Source: Octopus sinensis
Lineage: Eukaryota
DNA: 28,045 bases
Reading direction: 5' to 3'
Assembly (NCBI RefSeq): GCF_006345805.1
Contig: NW_021832319.1
Span: forward strand, 1-28,045
Shown here: positions 21,165 to 28,045 of the stretch, piece after piece
How positions within the stretch are numbered: the first letter of the stretch is position 1
Layout of the letters: every line of letters starts with the position of its first letter
The notes under the pieces: model-generated
The model's input: the letters and a program-made list of their open reading frames with translations, nothing else
What the model was told of the DNA's origin: nothing
The model's database searches: none
Made by a program: the position numbers and the translations under genes

Positions 21165-21981
21165 TCATGAATCATCAATTTCCACATATCCAGTTATGCA
21201 TAGAATATTATATGGCTCCATGAGGTCGCATTTATCGCAGGCTATTGATAATTAAGTAAGACATACAATATGTTTCAGACAATGTAAGAGTTTTTATTGA
21301 ACGCCATTTACTTCTCAGTATAACATCTGTAGTATCAAAATATAGATAAGAATCCTTCATTGTAACCCTATATAAGAAAGTCTCTGAATACATTGTATAC
21401 TCTTCCAACTCGCCATTGTATATGCATATCTTGTTCGATGAAGACATGCTAAACAATGATTGACTAAAATACCGAATAGATGTCTTGGTCTTAAAATTAG
21501 GTTGTTTAAAAATGGAGTTCTGTGGCATTATTCTTTAAAATTAAAAATGATTATTACATTGTTTTTAAAAGGGTGAGATCTGAGAAAGCATCGACGTCAA
21601 TAAAATTCAAATTATCACAATATTTCAGATCGCTAATGATTATAAGTGTTTAGATGTACATTTCAAGCAATTTAGGCAAATTGTCAAAAGAATGTGCCCA
21701 TATTTCGTAAAATGAACTGGATTGACACTGACTATTATTAATATAAAACTTTTCAGTACAAGATTGCTGCATCTCTAAATTCAAACTCGGAATTCCATTT
21801 TGGTGGGGAATTCAGTATTTTTATAGTTCGTGGATTATCACCCCGTTCGAATAATGAATAATAGCAGTCACAGTTAAAACTAACACAAATTAATATTCAT
21901 AAAAAACTCTCCAATTTGGCTTAAATTATTTGCAGTTAAATTATTTATTAAAATTAGAGCAATAAGATAAAATCCGAGCAT
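21165..21981 (-). CDS. Signal peptide + LRR protein (glycoprotein-hormone-receptor/LGR ectodomain-like), paralog 2
   Basis: Leader MLGFYLIALILINNLTA. Phase-2 introns at 21880-21907, 21732-21759, 21633-21659 and 21533-21557; candidate introns at 21449-21472, 21368-21391 and 21242-21266. A 72-nt exon (QCQSSSFYEIWAHSFDNLPKLLEI) and a 75-nt exon (DLKYCDNLNFIDVDAFSDLTLLKTI) resemble TSHR exons (..ESHSFYNLSKVTHI / [25 protein letters not shown]). Stop at 21165-21167; no 7TM domain seen. Confidence 0.8.
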
Positions 21982-22429
21982 TTTGTAAATTGACAATATT
22001 TTATTATTATTTAAATGGTTTTTAAAAATGAATTTATATATTATTTTTATTAAAATATCAAATAAATCCAACTTTATGAGAAAATCATTTTTCTTAAAAA
22101 GTTAGAAAATGCTAATTCTTACGGACAAGCCACCATTCTTGAAAACGCAAATTATTTTTGCTTCCCTAAAATTATCTAAAATGATTGTAGCATGTTTTAG
22201 ATTATTCTTTTATGTGACCCAGAGCGTTTATTTGGTCAGCATTTGAGTTGGGTGTTTAGGCTAATCGTTTCAAACTGTTATTTAAAAAATGTTTTAATGG
22301 GGAATCGAACCCGGATATGACAATAAATTATATTGAAGGCCGGTATTAAAGACAAGAGAGAGTGAGGTTAACACAAATACGAAGCACACACCATTGCAAA
22401 GGATTTGTAGACTTAAAGTAAATCTTCGT

Positions 22430-23490
22430 TTTATGAATTGGTTATACTGACTATTTGTGTTATTTTTATGATGGTGTGATAGATGATGTTTATTTTATTT
22501 TGTTTGAGAATAATGTTCTGGTTAAGAATGACACTAATAAAGTCGAATGTTAAACATAATGAAAAACCACAAGACTGAAATATAACTGAAAAAATCTTTG
22601 CCGTGAACACAGAACGCATGATATTTGGTTTGACTTCTCTCGCTAGTTTCAATACACGTTTTTTCTGACGACTCACAAAACTGGAGAACGTTTCTATGGG
22701 GTATTGTAACTCTATTTCGCTGCGGAAATTACAAGACGTTTCCATTCAAAGAATATACGAATTATAAAGGAAAGTATTGTAGTAAATATTTAATATTAAA
22801 ATTTGGAATGACTTCAGTAATTCTTTATAATGGTGTATCGAGAATTATCTATTATAAATAATGGACCTGTCTCTCTTTTTTTCGCAAACTGAAAATCCTA
22901 CTTTATCCAGAAAAATGATGTTCTTATCTTCGATTTCAATTTGTAAGCGTCGAAAATTACTTGCATATTTTTTTCAAGTTCAATGGTAGCATTACATTTT
23001 GCCTCACTGGTATTTTCACAATTTGTTTCACTGTGTAGTGAAAGTCTTTAAGACATCTGTTAATAGTACTCGGACTGATATTTATCCGATATTCAGAAAA
23101 CAGCATGTCTTTTAGTTTTGATAGTGTGAATAATGGATTATCATCGACGCATTAAGAATTTATTGCTTGTATAAATCATTCAATTTGGAAAAATATTGCT
23201 CTCAATATCTCTGGATTTTCTCCATTGACAAAGTATTCGGCTTATGAAGGATTGAGACATATTTATATAGTCACTTATTTCTTTGTTAGATTTTCTATTA
23301 ACTGAAAGTTCAGTTTTTTGGTTGAAAAAGATTTTTTGTCCATATATAGCTCTCACTCTAACATAGAATTTTCCGAAAACCGTTAATTCTTGCTTATATG
23401 CGAAAATTAGCACTAATGTTTGGTGCATTAACACTAAAGCTTGCGCTTTTAACGCTGTTGGCCTCAAGAATAGCTCTGAAACATGCAATT
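22430..23490 (-). mobile_element. Degraded Tc1/IS630-like transposon
   Basis: HTH RKSNKEISDYINMSQSFISRILCQW; DDE region FIIDN / IHH..IKYLLQYFPL (degenerate KYLPPYSP); C-terminal NFRSEIEL similar to the 19396-19600 copy. Confidence 0.55.
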
Positions 23491-25380
23491 TTAAAGACTA
23501 TTGTAGGAAATGTAAAGAAAAGGAGTGTGGTGCATAGAAAAATCAATTTTCGAATATTTTTAAAGGCATAAACAAATATGATTTATCCCTTTCCAATTAA
23601 TATATTGAATTAGTCAATAATGAAACAAAAGATTTTGAAAATATTGATTTGGAAATTCGACGTGTATATTATCTAATTTCAAAAAATCGCAGGAAAAGTG
23701 TTTCTCTTTAAATGATTTGATAAACTGCATCTACTGGTTTATTAGCAATTGCTGAGAAATATTAACGCCTCTGATCTAACATTTAGGCCAAACAACGCAA
23801 GATTTAAAATAAACTATAAAACGGTTGTTTTTAAGAGAAAAACACATGACTTATTACTTGTGCTGGCATATCTCATTGTTAAGAATGGACAGAGTGGAAA
23901 ATTACACGTGATTTGGAATAGTTGTCTGCCTCAAATTCGCGCTAGCTAAGTTTTCGGATATGCCATTTCGGTGACATAAGCACATAATAGTTTGGATGTG
24001 ATATTAGTCTAGTTAAACTGCTCCAGATTGTGCTAATCAAATCCATTGGCATTGCAAAGGGAGTGAGATGGCTCTTCTTTTTCTGGAGACCTATTCTTGC
24101 CAACTGTCTAGTATATATTCATACACCAACAATTACCCCGGAGGCATTCCATTTACATTATTCACAGACCTTATGGAGACAGTATGTCTTTATCCTTGTA
24201 AATGGTGGCTGTTGATCGCGTGTTTGTATTTACATAAGTTGTACAGGATGGGACGACTTTACATTGAGGGCAGCTCATGATTACTGCCAATCAATTTAGT
24301 ATACAAAAAATGTGTCATGGAGCCGAAAAACAGGTGTATTACCAGTGTATCAGTGTGTCATTAATCAATCAATATATCAACCAAAAAGATGGCAAAAACA
24401 TAGATTGATGTGAAGTAAGTTTTCGATTCTGTTAATAACAACTTTTTAGACTATTTGTTACCTTGGCTGTTTTATTCAGAGCCTGATAAAGAAATGGAAA
24501 ATAAGATTGAATTTTGGTTTCTAAGTCATTAGAAGTGAAAATAAAAAGAGAAATTTTGCAAGGAAACTTTCTGTTGCCACAAATCTTTGTTATTTGATCC
24601 TTCAAGTCAAATTTTGGATAGCAAAATATCTGAAAGTAACATTGGGGATAGGATATGCTCACTTAGTCTATGTAGCAAATCATCTCCTCTTATAAATTGC
24701 ATTTTTTATGAAGCTCGCTAACGAATACTGATATCTGGGCTAAATTTGATATCAAACCTGAAAAATTTAAATAAAGTGATATTAATGTTCACAGAATCCT
24801 TACGGAGAAGCATATTCAATTGCGACCGAAAGAAGGTTCAAGTTCGTTAGCCACAAATCTAAGCAAATTCTTTTTCTATTTTATCATGACTTGAAACATT
24901 AAGCCAATTACTGTCTGAAGAATTATGTAAGTCGTTAATTCAAAAACACACACATGATCTCTATCGTAGAATTCATTTCCCGAAACTACAATATTACAAA
25001 TGCTAATGATTTGAGCTTATTATCCAGTTGGATATGATTTTCTCAACGTGGAAATAGGAAAGTGCTCATGAAAACCAATCGTCCGGATACTCTTAATCAA
25101 AAATGAGAGACTTCATAAAAGTTGTATTCAATAAACATTAAAAAAATTTCAAAAAAGTGCATGGCTAATAGGCGAGCGGAGATTTCTACAAAAAAGGGTT
25201 TTTCGACCGCTGCAAATAATTCCTGCAAAAAGTAAATAAGCCAGCTGATCTGACAATAACCCAAATTTAATTAGATCCAAAACTTTTTTATAGAATGGAA
25301 TGAAAACATTTTAATAAAATCTAGTTCAGTAGATACTTGTTCCGGACATCGACCACCAGTTTTTTATTAACCGCGGAAAC

Positions 25381-25440
25381 CGCAGTCCGACGTAGTTGAG
25401 CTGACCCTTAGGCTCTCGACTACTTTTCTACCTTACCTAG
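25381..25440 (+). repeat. Unclassified dispersed repeat motif (second copy at 4266-4319, minus strand)
   Basis: Core taggctctcgacta is identical in both copies and the flanks align. Confidence 0.6.
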
Positions 25441-25998
25441 CATCTCACCTTTTCTCTACTTTTCCTATCTCGCTTAGTAAAAATTTTAAATATTTAGTTA
25501 GTAGGTTAATAGCACTTCCGTCTTGCCATAAACACGTTTTTGTGGGCACATGGCCAGATTTTTTTGTAAAAAATAAAATAATAGTAAAAATAAAACATTA
25601 TAATTTAATTAATTAAAATTTATAAATAATAGGTTTTGTTGGCCTTCGAAAAGGCCTTGTAAGGCAACCAAAACGTAGCTGACCCGACTCCTTTCGTCCC
25701 CCCAACCCCCTGTCCAGCCGTCTGGGGATCCAGTTGGGCAGTGACCCAATATTTCACAATCGAGTATTTTTTCACCACGGTCTGGGCTAGCATGTTGTAA
25801 CTGAGTTTTAAACAATACCAGAGAAAGTGTCCGAAAAAGTTATACGCTCAATTCTGAGAGAGAAAATGGCAAATTTTCAAGACGCATATTCTACAGTTAC
25901 GGAGATTACTTCGTATATTTTATTGATACAGACTGTGAGTGGAAACGGGCACTTTTTTTAAATCACTTTCAGAATATTTCACAGATCCTTGGCTAGTA

Positions 25999-26696
25999 CA
26001 TTGGAGAGTACTTCCTCCACATGACTCCCCTTTTATAGTAAAGTTAAAGAGTCTAATAAAGAGAAAATTAGCATGGGGGCAAACAGGTGCAAGCCATGCC
26101 CTTCTATATTCGAATAGTTCTTGAACTTTTTGAAAATCTAGCCTAGTTATCTCAATTAATAACAATCTTGAGCCCGGTGATGAAATTTTGGAAGATTGTT
26201 TGATAAAGTCCTTAATGAACTTAAAAGGGACGTTCCCGCACGCCCGTGCTTGACTTGATCACAGTATCGCGATTACAGAGAAGCTCCAATCCGCTGATAC
26301 TTTATGCCCGTTTTTTGATGTTTCTAAAATACAACTAAGCTTGATAAAAGAATTGTGCTCTCTTGGTTTGTAATTTACATAAATTGAGTAAGCTACCCAA
26401 TAAGACACTTAAATTAAATTTAGAAAGGATTATCTGAGGAAAACTTGGCAACTTTAAGATATAATGCACTATAAACACAGATTCGAATTCTTTGGTAGCT
26501 AAAGACCTAAGAGGAGTTTGCAAATTATAAATCCAAAGATAAACACTTGTGCGCAAACTGAGCATATTTTCGTGTGACTATAAAATACTCGGGTTAATTG
26601 TATTTACCTATAAAACTCGAAATTCGATGTAAATATAATTTTGTTAATCCAGAAGTTCAAAAGGGGTGAATCCATGTGGAGGAAGTACTCGCCATT
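25999..26696. mobile_element. ~700-bp TIR-bounded non-autonomous DNA element
   Basis: Imperfect ~35-bp inverted repeats: ggagagtacttcctccacatgactcccctttt (26003-26034) and aaaaggggtgaatccatgtggaggaagtactcgcc (26659-26693), each flanked by TA. Confidence 0.65.
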
Positions 26697-27034
26697 TAAT
26701 TATAAATATATAATAATACAAATTTCCTGTTGTTTAAATTAAAAATAAGGAAACGTGGGAGAAGAAAGTCAGTAAACTCTGTCTCCGTATATGGTTATAG
26801 TCAATAAACAGGAGAAGGGAATATGAAAAGCAAAGGAGAACAAAGCAGCAAAAAAAAATTGTAGAGAAAGTCCTCAAAAAGCAGGTTGGACGGAAAAAGA
26901 AATTGAAATCCGCCGTTTCAGAACAAGTCAGGATGATTTCCACTCTCTTCACGAAATCGGGAACTTTAATAAGTTACTTCGAGAACTACGAACCGGCAGA
27001 GAAGATATACAAGTATAATTACGCACTCGATAAT

Positions 27035-27392
27035 TCAGTCCACCTTAGCCACGAGAAATGACCTGTGGGGCGGCTGGCTGTTCGAATTCGAGGAAATACT
27101 CCTTTTCTTGTGTCTGGAAACTAAATCTGCTGCTAAGAAGGCTGAATATTTAAAGCTATTTAAATATTCTGCCCTTTCGGATGAGTTTTTCGTGGTGCCG
27201 ATAGCGGTGGAGACGTCGGGTGCTCTTGGTCCAAAGACGGAAAAATTCCTCCGCAAGCTCGGGGTCAAAATCTCTATGCGCACTCGCGATCCTCGCGAGG
27301 TAGACTGGCTTCTTCAACGGTTCTCGATCGCCGTCATTAGGGGGAACAGTTTGGCAATCCGCCAGGCTGCTAGCCCTCCCTTTGATTAATCT
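27035..27392 (+). mobile_element. CRE-clade retrotransposon RLE endonuclease / 3' end
   Basis: AAKKAE..KYSAL..VPIAVETSGALG..DPREVDWLLQRFSIAVIRGNS, then a stop. Confidence 0.85.
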
Positions 27393-27429
27393 TTTATCAC
27401 TTTTGCTTGAACTAAATGAAATTTGCGTT

Positions 27430-27930
27430 TAGCGGCCCCGGAGTATGACAAGATTCAAATGGTCTGTTTTAAAAATGCGCCGAATTTTTTGGTGTTTTTG
27501 CTTACAAACCTTTTCAATTCCAGTCTGTAGAAAGTATACGTTTCCAAATCATGAAAAAAAACTGGATTTTGAATGGTTCGAAAACCTAAGAAACATAAAG
27601 AAAAGGTCTTAAGCTATAGGCATATAAGCCTAATTTGTTCTACTTTAAAGAAAACGAAGAAAATCATTTATAACAGGCTAGTGTTGAATATAGAAAAAAA
27701 TCACTGACCTTATCACAATCAGTGGAGTTTTCGTCCGGGGCGGTTTCGTGCTAACTACATCTATCGACTGAATTCTTTAGTATCCAAAGCACAGAATTCT
27801 GCTTATCGACCACTATCATCTGTTTCGATGTGTCGAATGGTTTACACAGTGTCTGTCACTCCGTATTGGTAGAAAATCTTAGAAACTGTCAAATTGATGC
27901 AAAAACACTTGGCTGGTCAGCGAGTTTTTC
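27430..27930 (+). mobile_element. Jockey/I-like LINE RT remnant, copy 2
   Basis: Aligns with 14397-14620, then continues FRPG..FDVSNGLHSVCHSVLVENLRNCQIDAKTLGW (degenerate QxGFRxGRS / DxxxAFDxVxH motifs). Confidence 0.7.
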
Positions 27931-28045
27931 AAGTTTAAAAATTTGAATATATAAATATGTGAATATATAAATATCTCAAAAAAGTTCATATAAATTAAAT
28001 TATTTTTTATATTTAAAATTCTTTGAAACGCACAAAATATGTCTA

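Noticed and set aside
22299-22314. tRNA-like T-arm/B-box (ccgggttcgattcccc on the minus strand)
   Set aside because: No acceptor stem, D-arm or A-box can be built, so it is not a tRNA; at most a SINE scrap.
19396-23330. A single Tc1 transposase split by a 3-kb insertion
   Set aside because: The 22430-23490 copy has its own C-terminal segment (NFRSEIEL), so the 19396-19600 piece is a separate copy.
24360-25310. Scattered GT-AG candidates and partial minus-strand frames
   Set aside because: No coherent product; insufficient support.
26890-27030. Harbinger-like N-terminal motif (GNFNKLLRELR)
   Set aside because: A single short motif with no colinear support.
1-28045. CRISPR arrays, rRNA genes, operons or prokaryotic defence systems; short ORF-track entries with TTG/GTG starts
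   Set aside because: No repeat-spacer arrays or bacterial gene organisation are present. Most short ORFs are antisense to TEs or are partial exons.

Overview
AT-rich eukaryotic (metazoan) DNA with no prokaryotic features. Small genes split by tiny 21-30 nt introns lie among many transposon remnants, which is why the ORF track misses them. Minus-strand genes: a near-complete 12-exon mucolipin/TRPML channel (13457->11616); two paralogous signal-peptide + leucine-rich-repeat genes resembling glycoprotein-hormone-receptor (LGR) ectodomains (5617->~5000 and 21981->21165); a degraded EGFR-like L-domain fragment; and an actin-family fragment. Mobile elements: a full-length Buster-type hAT transposon (14926-17113, TIRs plus 8-bp TSD), a 5'-truncated CRE retrotransposon copy with poly(A) and TSD, and remnants of hAT, Tigger/pogo, Tc1, CRE, R4/Dong-like, RTE, CR1-like and Jockey-like elements. 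The 3 frameshifts in mucolipin and the 8 in the Buster transposase are each repaired by duplicating one adjacent base, which suggests long-read indel errors rather than decay. Intron size plus metazoan genes point to a reduced parasite such as a dicyemid or myxozoan (inference). All family assignments come from manual translation and motif recognition, not database searches.
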